The position numbers and the translations under genes were made by a program. Below, one piece after another: positions 1-8,331 of a stretch of 64,000 bases of DNA (position 1 is the first letter of the stretch; every line of letters begins with the position of its first letter). The DNA comes from Lachnospiraceae bacterium. GTDB taxonomy: Bacteria; Bacillota; Clostridia; Lachnospirales; Lachnospiraceae. A model generated the notes under the pieces. The model ran no database searches and was not told where the DNA came from. It saw nothing but the letters and a program-made list of their open reading frames with translations. The stretch spans positions 1,507 through 65,506 of the forward strand of contig JBJEOB010000051.1 in NCBI GenBank assembly GCA_051880495.1, read 5' to 3'.

Positions 1-249
1 CCACTTAAAATCATTCTTCTTAGTTCTTTTTCTCACTCGCTTAGGCTTACTCTCAGCTTTTTCCAAATAATACAAAGGTCTCTTTGTTTGATCCGGAACA
101 AGCAATTCTATATTATCGCCAAGACCTAATGCTAAAAGGATTTTGAACAAATTATCAACCTGCACAGATTCCCCCTGTTCCAGTCTGGATATACTTCTCT
201 TCGATACACCTGATTTATCCTCAAGATCCTGCTGTGACATTTCATTCAT
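1..249 (-). CDS. XRE-type helix-turn-helix protein, partial (C-terminus lies beyond the window edge)
   Basis: The minus-strand frame is open from ATG 249 (alt. ATG 240) to position 1: MNEMSQQDLEDKSGVSKRSISRLEQGESVQVDNLFKILLALGLGDNIELLVPDQ...KRVRKRTKKNDFKW. It has an HTH_3-like core. It is not in the ORF track because no stop falls inside the window. Confidence 0.55.
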   Translation of the reverse strand, partial: MNEMSQQDLEDKSGVSKRSISRLEQGESVQVDNLFKILLALGLGDNIELLVPDQTKRPLYYLEKAESKPKRVRKRTKKNDFKW

Positions 250-282
250 TATTCTATATGTCTTTATCTTTTGCCCTAAATA

Positions 283-813
283 TCACGCATCCACCAGTTC
301 AAATCTTTCCACATCCTCATGCGGATTTACCTTTGCAAGCCCTATCTGCGTTACCGTTGCGTCAAAAGGTGCAAAGCCTTCCTGCAACACGCCCAAAGCT
401 TTTATCATTTGTTCTTTGTCTAATTTCTTTCCCACCGTTACATGCGGCAGCCATGATAACGGCTGATAATACCTGCTGACAGCAGTCTCAGGAATATCCT
501 TTACAGCTTCATAAACCTGCTTTGAAACATCCAGTAAATACTCGTTTAACACCGGGGTTACATACATAACATATGGTAGCAGCTGACCCACAGACACAAA
601 CTTAATCTTTCCCTGTCTTATCTTTCCTTGAAGACCAATAAATACCGGTTTTAGAATTTGTACCGACCTTGCCTCAATTGCAGATATGGTCATATGCGGT
701 GGCACATGATTATCCGTCATGAAAGTATTTCCTGTCTTTGCTGCAATCTTATTAATATATCTTTGCAATATTAGATTTGTTTTCTCATCAAAATATACTG
801 AAATCAAATACAT
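283..813 (-). CDS. 2H phosphoesterase superfamily protein (LigT / 2'-5' RNA ligase-like cyclic phosphodiesterase)
   Basis: There are two HxT motifs at the typical spacing (PPHMTIS and LPHVTVG). I place the start at ATG 813 (MYLISVYFDEKT) because GGAG lies 6 nt upstream; the ORF-track GTG at 861 has no RBS. Confidence 0.7.
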   Translation of the reverse strand: MYLISVYFDEKTNLILQRYINKIAAKTGNTFMTDNHVPPHMTISAIEARSVQILKPVFIGLQGKIRQGKIKFVSVGQLLPYVMYVTPVLNEYLLDVSKQVYEAVKDIPETAVSRYYQPLSWLPHVTVGKKLDKEQMIKALGVLQEGFAPFDATVTQIGLAKVNPHEDVERFELVDA

Positions 814-894
814 ATCTTTCTCCAAATTATTTACAACCTGTCGCTTAATCACATGTTTCACAATTTATAGTATGCCAATTATGGCAACTTTTCA

Positions 895-932
895 ATAAAA
901 AAAGAGCAATGCAGTACATTACAGCATTGCCC
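895..932 (-). terminator. Rho-independent terminator after the EcsC-like gene
   Basis: On the minus strand, GGGCAATGC..GCATTGCTC forms a 9-bp stem (one G.U) followed by T7. Confidence 0.6.
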
Positions 933-947
933 TTTGAACCATTTGGT

Positions 948-2000
948 TTACATTCTCTCTTCCTCGGTAATCTGAATAAGTTCACTAATTTCCACATCAA
1001 CACATTCTACTTCAATTTCCGAATCAATATCAATGATATCCTCTTCTTTTTCAGTATATTGAGGATTGCTTAAATATGTATCTTCAAGTACAGTTTTCAA
1101 TTTAACACAGCATGGCTTAAATGTTGCATAGGTTAGCCCACCGCCAACCACTCCACCTACAAGAGGAATCGCTTTTTTGAAAAATCCGGCAAATATTTCC
1201 TTTGTCATCTTAACGCCAAACCATTTGCTGATGCTCTTTACAATCGGATAAATTGTACCCTTGGTTAATGCTTTCTTAACTAATTGTTTTTCAACACCTG
1301 TTCCTAGTGCTTTTGCAATTGCCAACAATCCATTCTTCGCATTTGCAACTCCAAACATAACACCCATACACAGAATAATCTGATTCATGGTCTCCGTGTC
1401 AAATGTCTGCTCATTCTCCTTATACTCAATCTGCGGAAATCCATACAAATACAGTAGCTTTTGTGCCACTCTCAGCATACAACCATAATACTGTGCAATA
1501 TCAGCTGGTATAGTTGCTGCCATAGCAACACCGCCCGGTGTACCTAATGCAGCAGAAATCCCAGAAACTTTTAGTCTTTCATTTTGAATAATTGCAGTAG
1601 CAATCTTATCAATATCATTTTTTTCAATATTTGCTTTCATTGGTGTTGTAAGAATTGCTTGTTCAATTGTTTCCTGTTGATATTTTGTTAACAGTTCCTT
1701 ACGCAAAAAGTTTTCTCTGTTTATACTGACTCCAGGGACTTTAAACGCCATAAGTATTACATCTTCGATATCAATTTGTCCGTCACCGTTCACATCAACT
1801 GCTTGAAAAACCGTCTCCTTGGTCTTATCAATTGCTTCTGCGGATTTTTGGGCTACTATCCCTGCTTTCTCTCCCACGGCACCCGCCAATTTCTTTACTG
1901 AGACACCAAAATTCTTTTTTTCTTGTATTTTATTTTGTTCAACAATCTCACTTTCTACCACAGTTTTTTCAACATTACAGTTCTCAGCCAAACCATACAC
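948..2000 (-). CDS. EcsC-family protein with N-terminal EF-hand-like calcium-binding loop
   Basis: The central region GISAALGTPGGVAMAATIPADIAQYYGCMLRVAQKLLYLYGF resembles the EcsC family signature. The N-terminus carries DVNGDGQIDIEDV (a canonical DxNxDGxIxxxE EF-hand loop) and the C-terminal tail is acidic. The start is uncertain (GTG 2000 or TTG 1991). Confidence 0.55.
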   Translation of the reverse strand: MYGLAENCNVEKTVVESEIVEQNKIQEKKNFGVSVKKLAGAVGEKAGIVAQKSAEAIDKTKETVFQAVDVNGDGQIDIEDVILMAFKVPGVSINRENFLRKELLTKYQQETIEQAILTTPMKANIEKNDIDKIATAIIQNERLKVSGISAALGTPGGVAMAATIPADIAQYYGCMLRVAQKLLYLYGFPQIEYKENEQTFDTETMNQIILCMGVMFGVANAKNGLLAIAKALGTGVEKQLVKKALTKGTIYPIVKSISKWFGVKMTKEIFAGFFKKAIPLVGGVVGGGLTYATFKPCCVKLKTVLEDTYLSNPQYTEKEEDIIDIDSEIEVECVDVEISELIQITEEERM

Positions 2001-2031
2001 CCCTTTACTATATATTCTACAAATTGTTACA

Positions 2032-2047
2032 TAATTTATAAATTATA
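2032..2047. promoter_or_regulatory. Perfect 16-bp palindrome ATAATTTATAAATTAT overlapping a TATAAT (2044-2049); candidate operator of the divergent XRE/EcsC promoters
   Basis: The palindrome was read directly from the sequence. It lies 36 nt upstream of the XRE start. It is AT-only, so a chance occurrence is possible. Confidence 0.3.
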
Positions 2048-2082
2048 ATCCTATACTTATAAAAGTAAAGGTGGTGGAAAAT

Positions 2083-2511
2083 ATGGATAAAACATTGCTT
2101 TCGCAACGTTTGAAAGAGTTAAGAAAATTACACAACTATACACAGGATTATGTAGCATCTACACTGGGTGTAGTCCGTCAAACATACTCTCACTATGAAA
2201 CCGGTAAACGAACACCAAACTCCGAAACACTTTATAAACTGGCAGGGATTTATAATGTTCCAATCGATGATTTCATGCACTTAACAATAGAGCTTGATAA
2301 AAATATATATTATGATGCACCTGTACCGTCTTCGTCCAGCATTGAATTAACAGATTTTCTGGATTATTTTAATAACCCAAAAAACAGGAAAAAGTACCTC
2401 TATAATACAAATCTTGAAAAAGAATTATTATATTACTTTGAGAAAATCTCTGATGATGACAAGAAAGAAATCATTGAGTTTACTAAAATAAAGGCACACA
2501 AAACCAAATAG
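2083..2511 (+). CDS. XRE-family helix-turn-helix transcriptional regulator
   Basis: LSQRLKELRKLHNYTQDYVASTLGVVRQTYSHYETGKRTPNSETLYKLAGIYNVPIDDF is a classic HTH_3 domain. The start ATG 2083 is preceded by AAAGGTGGTGG. Confidence 0.8.
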   Translation: MDKTLLSQRLKELRKLHNYTQDYVASTLGVVRQTYSHYETGKRTPNSETLYKLAGIYNVPIDDFMHLTIELDKNIYYDAPVPSSSSIELTDFLDYFNNPKNRKKYLYNTNLEKELLYYFEKISDDDKKEIIEFTKIKAHKTK

Positions 2512-2668
2512 CCAAAGTCATGGTTAATTCGTAGCTTTGGCTATCGTGCTTAAAGCTGAACCTTCGCACGCAGTTTTCTGAAGCCCCTTAAACGAACAAC
2601 ATCCCCGTCATTGACGAGGATGTCTTCAATACTGGCATGCAGTAATCTGCTTAATACATCAACAGTTA

Positions 2669-3076
2669 TTAGTCTAATAAAACACCTTGCTCTGTCAGAT
2701 ATACTTTAATAGCACCTGAAAATTCTTCAGCTCTGGCAATCTGCTTTTTTGCTTCTTCACGTGAAGCAATGTAAAAGTCCAAATAATCTGCTTTTTCTCG
2801 GTTAATAGAAGCCTGAGTGATTATCTTGGAAAGTTCCTTGGAAAAGATTCCTTCTTTTACGTAATTCTGATTAAAATAGGCGATTACGCCACTGTGCTTA
2901 CTGCTGTCATATTTTTGCAGGGCATTAACGGCTCTAATCGCATGAAAAATAGAATAATATGCTCTGTTCAATGCATTTTTGTATCTACCGTTCTCAAACA
3001 TTAACTTAGCATCTTCCAGATTTTCAAGGCTGGTTACAAAGCGATATTTTGATAACTCTTTTACGCGCTCTTCCAT
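2669..3076 (-). CDS. HEPN domain protein (toxin partner of an MNT/HEPN pair)
   Basis: The 135-aa protein has an all-helical HEPN pattern (ENGRYKNALNRAYYSIFHAIRAV...INREKADY). The RBS AAGGAGGG lies inside the upstream gene, and the two genes overlap by 16 nt. Confidence 0.75.
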   Translation of the reverse strand: MEERVKELSKYRFVTSLENLEDAKLMFENGRYKNALNRAYYSIFHAIRAVNALQKYDSSKHSGVIAYFNQNYVKEGIFSKELSKIITQASINREKADYLDFYIASREEAKKQIARAEEFSGAIKVYLTEQGVLLD

Positions 3077-3627
3077 AAAACAATTCCCTCCTTCTCAACA
3101 TTTTTATAAAAAGGAAGTGTTGTTTTCCATTCCATTAATTCACGTTGTTCAATTAAAATAACAGATAGCGTAATGCCTAAATCCAGCTGGTAATCAACCA
3201 CAATATCTGTCATCCTGTCATATTGTTCTTCTGTTTGCTCAGCCGTTAATACTAATGCCATATCAACGTCTGACTCATCTGTCTCCTGGCCTCTGGCATA
3301 CGACCCGTACAGTACAACTTCTGCGATAGTTCCTGCATAGATTTCTCCAAATGTCTCACACATCTCGCATAATTTCTTTAGCATTTCAGGATGCTTATTG
3401 TTGAGCCTCACCCGCTGTCTCCAGTTTCGATACTCGCCACTTTTAACCCTTCTGTCCTCCGGATACTCAGTGCCCTTTGGTATAAGCCATTGACTGCCAA
3501 TTTTTTTGCCGTCCAGAGTTCCTTTTATCAGCATTCGTCTGATATTTCCCGGATCTTTACCGGTGACTTCTGCGTACTGAGATACTGTATAATACTCACC
3601 CATATCTTTCATCTCCCATCCAATCAT
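3061..3627 (-). CDS. Minimal nucleotidyltransferase (MNT) antitoxin-like protein with N-terminal excisionase/MerR-like HTH
   Basis: The NTase motif is VVLYGSYARGQETDESDVDMALVL (GSxxRG...DxD). The N-terminus YYTVSQYAEVTGKDPGNIRRMLIKGTLDGKKIGSQWLIP is HTH-like. The true start may be ATG 3612 or 3603 (GGGAG upstream). Confidence 0.75.
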   Translation of the reverse strand: MIGWEMKDMGEYYTVSQYAEVTGKDPGNIRRMLIKGTLDGKKIGSQWLIPKGTEYPEDRRVKSGEYRNWRQRVRLNNKHPEMLKKLCEMCETFGEIYAGTIAEVVLYGSYARGQETDESDVDMALVLTAEQTEEQYDRMTDIVVDYQLDLGITLSVILIEQRELMEWKTTLPFYKNVEKEGIVLWKSA

Positions 3628-3633
3628 ATATTA

Positions 3634-3647
3634 ACACGATATCGTGT
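3634..3647. promoter_or_regulatory. Perfect 14-bp palindrome ACACGATATCGTGT; candidate autoregulatory operator of the HTH-MNT/HEPN operon
   Basis: It was read directly from the sequence. It lies 7 nt upstream of the first ATG of the HTH-MNT gene, in the divergent intergenic region. Confidence 0.4.
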
Positions 3648-3763
3648 AAATGTCAATTCACACTTATCCTAATTCTGTTTGCCCATTACAAAGAATATTT
3701 ATTGTAGATTTTTATTCAAATATGATTTATAATAATGCTAATATGGAATTGGAGGAAAATAGT

Positions 3764-4351
3764 ATGAGTTTGTTGAATATTTTTAGAAAAAATCCGCCAA
3801 AACCGAATACTCCCCCAGCCAACACCTCTGCTGTTTATCCTAAGCACAGGGTTTCTCATACATTTGTTCATACCTACGGCATTTCACCGAAAGACCCTTC
3901 TATTTTTGTTGAGTATGAAAATGGAGAAGAAGTATCACAATTACGTTTTTCTATTTCCAAAAACGAACTGAAAATTTGCGATTTTTTAGCCGGAGGCGAC
4001 GATAAAGACTATCATCACGGAACTGAAATGATGATTGCTCTTCTAAAACATTTCAAGACCCCTTTTGTGAGAATTTATGGCGAACTCTCGCCGATTGATG
4101 CCTATAATATGAACTGGACCCGTTCCATTCCTTTTTACAGTGATTTACCGCGCCATGTGTTTTCACAGCTCGGTTTAAAATATGAATTTTATCTTTTTGA
4201 TGACAAAAATTTTGAGCATGATGTAACCGACATTCTCTCCATTGAAGAAGAACGTGATGCCAATATTGAGGCTTACCGGATCAGTCATCTTTATGACACA
4301 GAGGGAAATATCACAAATCGTTTCGGCTCTTTTCATTATATTTTGTCATAG
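3764..4351 (+). CDS. Hypothetical protein (195 aa)
   Basis: The frame is open, with GGAGG at 3751-3755 placed 8 nt before ATG 3764. I recognised no family. Confidence 0.55.
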   Translation: MSLLNIFRKNPPKPNTPPANTSAVYPKHRVSHTFVHTYGISPKDPSIFVEYENGEEVSQLRFSISKNELKICDFLAGGDDKDYHHGTEMMIALLKHFKTPFVRIYGELSPIDAYNMNWTRSIPFYSDLPRHVFSQLGLKYEFYLFDDKNFEHDVTDILSIEEERDANIEAYRISHLYDTEGNITNRFGSFHYILS

Positions 4352-4553
4352 GATTAGCTTACTGCTCAATCCCATTTTTTCAAATATTCTTTAATCATAA
4401 AAGCGCAAAAGTAAGGAAATGTAAATATATTATTTGCATAGCCAACATTGAAATCTCCCAGTTTTATACCATGCTGTATGTCACTATAATTCTCATTTGC
4501 AAAATGCAAAATTGATTCTGTTTTTCCAATCTGTTTCACCCCTTTTTCTTAGG

Positions 4554-4664
4554 TTATCACATTTTATGAGGGTATTTAATCATGATTATCACATTTTATG
4601 AGGATATTTAAGCATTATTATCACATTTTATGAGAATAATATTCGTACTCATAAAATAGTCACA
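4554..4664. repeat. Three direct copies of TTATCACATTTTATGAG at an exact 32-bp period, plus one inverted partial copy
   Basis: The copies are at 4554-4570, 4586-4602 and 4618-4634. Units 1 and 2 share about 27/32 nt. An inverted CTCATAAAATAGTCACA lies at 4648-4664, so copy 3 and the inverted copy form TTTATGAG-N13-CTCATAAA. Confidence 0.85.
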
Positions 4665-4669
4665 TTTAT

Positions 4670-5110
4670 TCATCGCAATACATTTGATCTGGAATAAATG
4701 TAAAACAATTCCTGTGTATATTTATAGCCCTTCTCCATTTGAGGAAAAGTAGCATCAAACTCTTCAAACCCGCTCTCATCCGGTTCATGAGCAGGACTCT
4801 CTACATATTTCCATATCTTACCTGAAAGCGCATTCTCGTCCAATACCTTCACCATCAGCGCAACAGGATAAACATCTTTTTCTAAGCACACATTGTATCG
4901 TTTACAATTCTTAAATCCATAGCATGCATAGTTCTCAGGATTGCCCCAAATCGCTACCGTGTCATATCCTAATTTCTTTGCCACCTCAAACGAATGAAAA
5001 AGTAGCTTTCTTCCATATCCTTTTCTCTGATAATCCGTATGTATTGTAAAAGGTCCAAAAGAAAGGATTTCTTTCTCGGTCCCGTCGTCAGCAATTAGCT
5101 TTGCTTTCAC
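4670..5110 (-). pseudogene. GNAT-family N-acetyltransferase (YhbS-like), apparently 5'-truncated
   Basis: The acetyl-CoA motif is HTDYQRKGYGRKLL. The homologous frame continues upstream (WIIKDGKIIGHIIY) but meets a TGA near 5190 with no ATG. About 45 N-terminal residues expected for this family are missing, and only a GTG start is available. Confidence 0.55.
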
Positions 5111-5175
5111 ATAGATAATATGACCAATGATTTTTCCATCCTTAATTATCCATATTTTCCTTTGTAAAAGGCTTA

Positions 5176-5757
5176 TCAGCAGACATTGCGCACGTCACTT
5201 TCCACGATATTAAATCGCATAAATTCAGGTATAGCATTTGCCAATGCCTTTTCTTTTATACTTTCATCTCCTGTCGCTGCATATGATACTACAACGCCTG
5301 CCGGAAAATACGGCTTTTCAAGTTTCTGGGAACGAATATCGTTATAATTAGTGCTAATTGGAAGACCATTTATTCTGGACAGATAATCAATCATCGCCAA
5401 CAAATAAAAGGCTTCTCTATACCAACTGCGTTCATAAAGTTAACGTATCTCATCCGCCTCAAGTGTTTCAATGATGAAATCAATGTCGCCCATATCTTTT
5501 ACATGGTGGCATGTATTACTCTTAAATGTCTCAAAAGAACATCTATAATCCACCTTTTCTATCTCTTTATTCTCCAGTATAGAATCAACCGTCACACCAA
5601 GGACCTTAGCTATCTTATATAAAGTTCCGGCTGCGCATTTATCAAGATCAGCTTTTCCGCTACAGATATCTGTAATGGTAGTCATTGCTACGCCGCTTTC
5701 TTTGCTCAAGCGGTATCTTGACATATTTGCTTTTTCAAGTAAGTCATTTACAATCAT
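5176..5757 (-). pseudogene. XRE-family HTH protein with C-terminal domain, interrupted by an in-frame TAA
   Basis: ORFs 5440-5757 and 5176-5403 lie in the same frame (582 nt, a multiple of 3). Read-through gives ...EADEIR*LYERSWYREAFYLLAMIDYLSRINGLP..., with the stop at 5440-5442. A TTGACA-N17-TATATT promoter lies upstream. Confidence 0.65.
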
Positions 5758-5906
5758 CAGCTTTCCCTCCTTTAATTATAATATATCGGTCAACCGAACT
5801 AATGTCAATAATATATTATATCCAGGATTGGAAAAACTATCCGTAATGTGAAATTTTAAATTCCAGTTTTTTACCCCATCCACGAGCTAAAATCCAATTA
5901 TTTATA

Positions 5907-7148
5907 TTATAAAATCCTTCCAAGTTCCCTCCTGATTGCCTCCACCTGTTTTATCGCCTGCCGTATCTTCTTCTGTGCCCTTCCTATCTGCAAATGCACA
6001 AGGCAATCCATAAAATCACTTTCGACCCATAAATCAAAAGCTGATGCCAGACTTTTATAATTTAACTGTACAGTTTTGTTTCCTAACAAATCCTGTAATT
6101 CAATATTCATATTTTGCAAGGCATTCTGTGCAATCTGCAATTCACTGTCGGCATCCGAAAGTGATGAATATTTCCACAATGATGTAAGAAATCCCTTGTT
6201 CATCATATTTATGAAGCTTACATTACTGCTGTCATACATTGCTTCCTGTGCATTATATAAGCACTGCAATGCATAATCAGCAGCCTGGGTTGCAGATTGA
6301 ATTTTCCACATTAATTCATCTTTTGTATCTTCTTCATTTTCCGGTTCCTCTTCATATTCTTCACGCATTTCCTCCGGCAGTTTTAATTTACACATATTGG
6401 CTGCTTCAATAATTACATTATCGTCAATATTTCCATACAGTTCTTCCAAACTGTCTTCATTTAGCAATGAATTTGATGCAAGCACAGCTTTCCTTGTTGT
6501 TTGTGCATCACATAATACAGATATCTCTAACAAATTATCTACGCCAAACGTCACACCATTAAGAACTGCTCTTTGAATGAACCGAGATGCTTCATACCTG
6601 TTTTTACCAAACAACACATTTACAACCTCTATTACTTCGTCCTCATTTCCGAAATCACTTAAAGCACGTGAACGGGTGCTGGCATAGCCGCTATCCCAAT
6701 TTTCATAATTATTGTAGAAACTGCTCCAGCTAATAGGTGATGTAACATCTGTACATAGTTTTTCCTCATATTTACCTGCAATATCTCCCGGTGCAGATAT
6801 TTGATATTTCTTTGCTATATCAATAATCAGCTCATCATCAATGCACCCGTACATATCTTCCAAATCTGTCGCAGTCAGCTTATCTGCCGATTGATATAAT
6901 GCATTTTTAAAGCCTTCTTCACTGCATGAATCACATATTTCCACAAGATTCTCCCCGGAAAATTTTACTCCCTGCTGCAATGCCCTGTTCAACAGTCTTG
7001 TTGCACCTTTCTTATCCTCAAAGCCAATAATATTAAGCACATCAACTATCTCATCCGGGACACCCATATCTTCAAGTGAACCTATCTTATTTACAATAGT
7101 GCTTACTGCCCAATAATTTGATTTTTCATAAAATTCATCCCAAGTCAT
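5907..7148 (-). CDS. Hypothetical protein with a tandem-duplicated ~125-aa domain and a helical C-terminal domain
   Basis: The internal repeat is clear: TWDEFYEKSNYW...LEDMYGCIDDELIIDIA versus SWSSFYNNYENW...LEELYGNIDDNVIIEAA. I recognised no family. Confidence 0.65.
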   Translation of the reverse strand: MTWDEFYEKSNYWAVSTIVNKIGSLEDMGVPDEIVDVLNIIGFEDKKGATRLLNRALQQGVKFSGENLVEICDSCSEEGFKNALYQSADKLTATDLEDMYGCIDDELIIDIAKKYQISAPGDIAGKYEEKLCTDVTSPISWSSFYNNYENWDSGYASTRSRALSDFGNEDEVIEVVNVLFGKNRYEASRFIQRAVLNGVTFGVDNLLEISVLCDAQTTRKAVLASNSLLNEDSLEELYGNIDDNVIIEAANMCKLKLPEEMREEYEEEPENEEDTKDELMWKIQSATQAADYALQCLYNAQEAMYDSSNVSFINMMNKGFLTSLWKYSSLSDADSELQIAQNALQNMNIELQDLLGNKTVQLNYKSLASAFDLWVESDFMDCLVHLQIGRAQKKIRQAIKQVEAIRRELGRIL

Positions 7149-7157
7149 ATTTTTCTC

Positions 7158-8285
7158 CTATCCGGCCATATGGCTATCCATTTCCAAATTATCAGTGTCA
7201 ATAGTCTCTGTAATTCTTTCCAGTTCTGTAAGACTTTCCTCACAAATATCTGCAAAAGCCGGGCAGTCTATGTAGTCTGTCAAAGCATACAGGCAATCGA
7301 GTTCTTTTGTTTTCATCTTTCTCTCAAGTCTTAAATCCTTTAACTTTCTGAATACCTTGTAGCCCTGTGCCACATTACAGTTCAAATCTTCCATTGATTT
7401 CAGAGTTTCCTCAATTTCACGGTCAATATTTTCGATGTCGAGCAGAAGATTGGTAATATATTGCCCTGCATTTCTGTAGAACCCTGCCTGCTGCCTGGCA
7501 AAATCCAGCCAGTTATTATTTCTGCCATCAAAAGGTGTCTTGAGCCTTTCTTTTACCATAACTTCCTTACCGCTTTCCATAATTTCATCCGCTCCTTCCG
7601 ACCTGTTATCCTGTTCTATCATTTTTTCCTCATATTTTTTATGCCTCATAGTACAATTATCAAACAATTCAGTATATACCCTTGGCTTATACTGCCTTTT
7701 TTCAAGCCCCTTAATTAACTTCAATGCCTGCTGCGCTTTTGCGACATTGGCACTTGTACCAAGATTGTTCTGAAAATATTCTATACGTGACAATTCATCC
7801 TTAATTTCTCTTCTTTTTTCCCTGCATGTACGAAGCTGCTCCACTAAATCAACCGCTTCGTCATCATTTGTCTCACAAAGTTCAATATAATGAAGAATAT
7901 CGCTTATCTTCTGGTCTATTTCAGAATGTTTTTCTGCCAGTTCATCACGATAATTATTTATCTGTGATCCTATATACGAAAAATGTGTCAAATACTCTTC
8001 CCAGTCAATCTCTGACAAGTCATATGCATATTCAGATTTTTCTGATTTTTCTGACGTTTCTTTTACAACCTCTATTTCATCCTCATTAACACATTCATTC
8101 TCATCCACCGGAATCATACAGTAAAATCCTGACTTCTTTCCTCCTGATATTCTTGCGTTTGCCTGCGCAAATGTAAAAACTGTTGCTTCATCCGGGCATG
8201 ATGCCACCACAAGCTGGTCTTCCCTGTTTGTTCTGTAATAATGACTGCTATAGTCCATGATGTAGTAAAGTAAATTTGTTCCCAT
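7158..8285 (-). CDS. Hypothetical coiled-coil protein (375 aa)
   Basis: The start ATG 8285 (MGTNLLYYIMDY) follows GGAGG plus a 5-nt spacer. Two similar helical modules are present (EIDQKISDILHYIE...REKRREIKDEL and NIDREIEETLKSME...RLERKMKTKEL). I recognised no family. Confidence 0.65.
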   Translation of the reverse strand: MGTNLLYYIMDYSSHYYRTNREDQLVVASCPDEATVFTFAQANARISGGKKSGFYCMIPVDENECVNEDEIEVVKETSEKSEKSEYAYDLSEIDWEEYLTHFSYIGSQINNYRDELAEKHSEIDQKISDILHYIELCETNDDEAVDLVEQLRTCREKRREIKDELSRIEYFQNNLGTSANVAKAQQALKLIKGLEKRQYKPRVYTELFDNCTMRHKKYEEKMIEQDNRSEGADEIMESGKEVMVKERLKTPFDGRNNNWLDFARQQAGFYRNAGQYITNLLLDIENIDREIEETLKSMEDLNCNVAQGYKVFRKLKDLRLERKMKTKELDCLYALTDYIDCPAFADICEESLTELERITETIDTDNLEMDSHMAG

Positions 8286-8331
8286 AGGCACCTCCGTATT
8301 CCAACACCCTGATTCTCTCAAACAAGCTAGA

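Noticed and set aside
2535-2668. An open minus-strand frame ends ...IEDILVNDGDVVRLRGFRKLRAKVQL* between the XRE and HEPN genes.
   Set aside because: There is no start codon or RBS and the frame is short. It could be the relic C-terminus of a lost gene, but the evidence is only that it reads like protein.
3634-3647. ACACGATATCGTGT resembles the NrdR boxes seen upstream of nrdD.
   Set aside because: It is a 14-mer, so its half-sites are 2 bp closer than in the 16-bp NrdR box. It is a single site, not a tandem pair, and it is not next to an nrd gene. An operator for the adjacent HTH-MNT is the more parsimonious reading.
4366-4539. A 57-codon minus-strand ORF (VKQIGKTESILHFANENYSDIQHGIKLGDFNVGYANNIFTFPYFCAFMIKEYLKKWD) lies just downstream of the repeat block.
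   Set aside because: Only a GTG start is available, and it directly abuts the G-rich stretch with no spacer. The ORF is below the track length cut-off and I recognised no family. It may be a gene fragment, but I cannot support it as a feature.
4554-4570. TTATCACA within the repeats resembles a DnaA box (TTATCCACA).
   Set aside because: It is one base short of the 9-mer, so the downstream half falls out of register. No dnaA/dnaN context or AT-rich unwinding element argues for an origin.
4554-4664. I considered whether the 32-bp periodic repeats are a small CRISPR array.
   Set aside because: The repeat would be 17 nt with 15-nt spacers, far below CRISPR dimensions. The spacers are themselves similar to each other, and no cas genes or leader are present.
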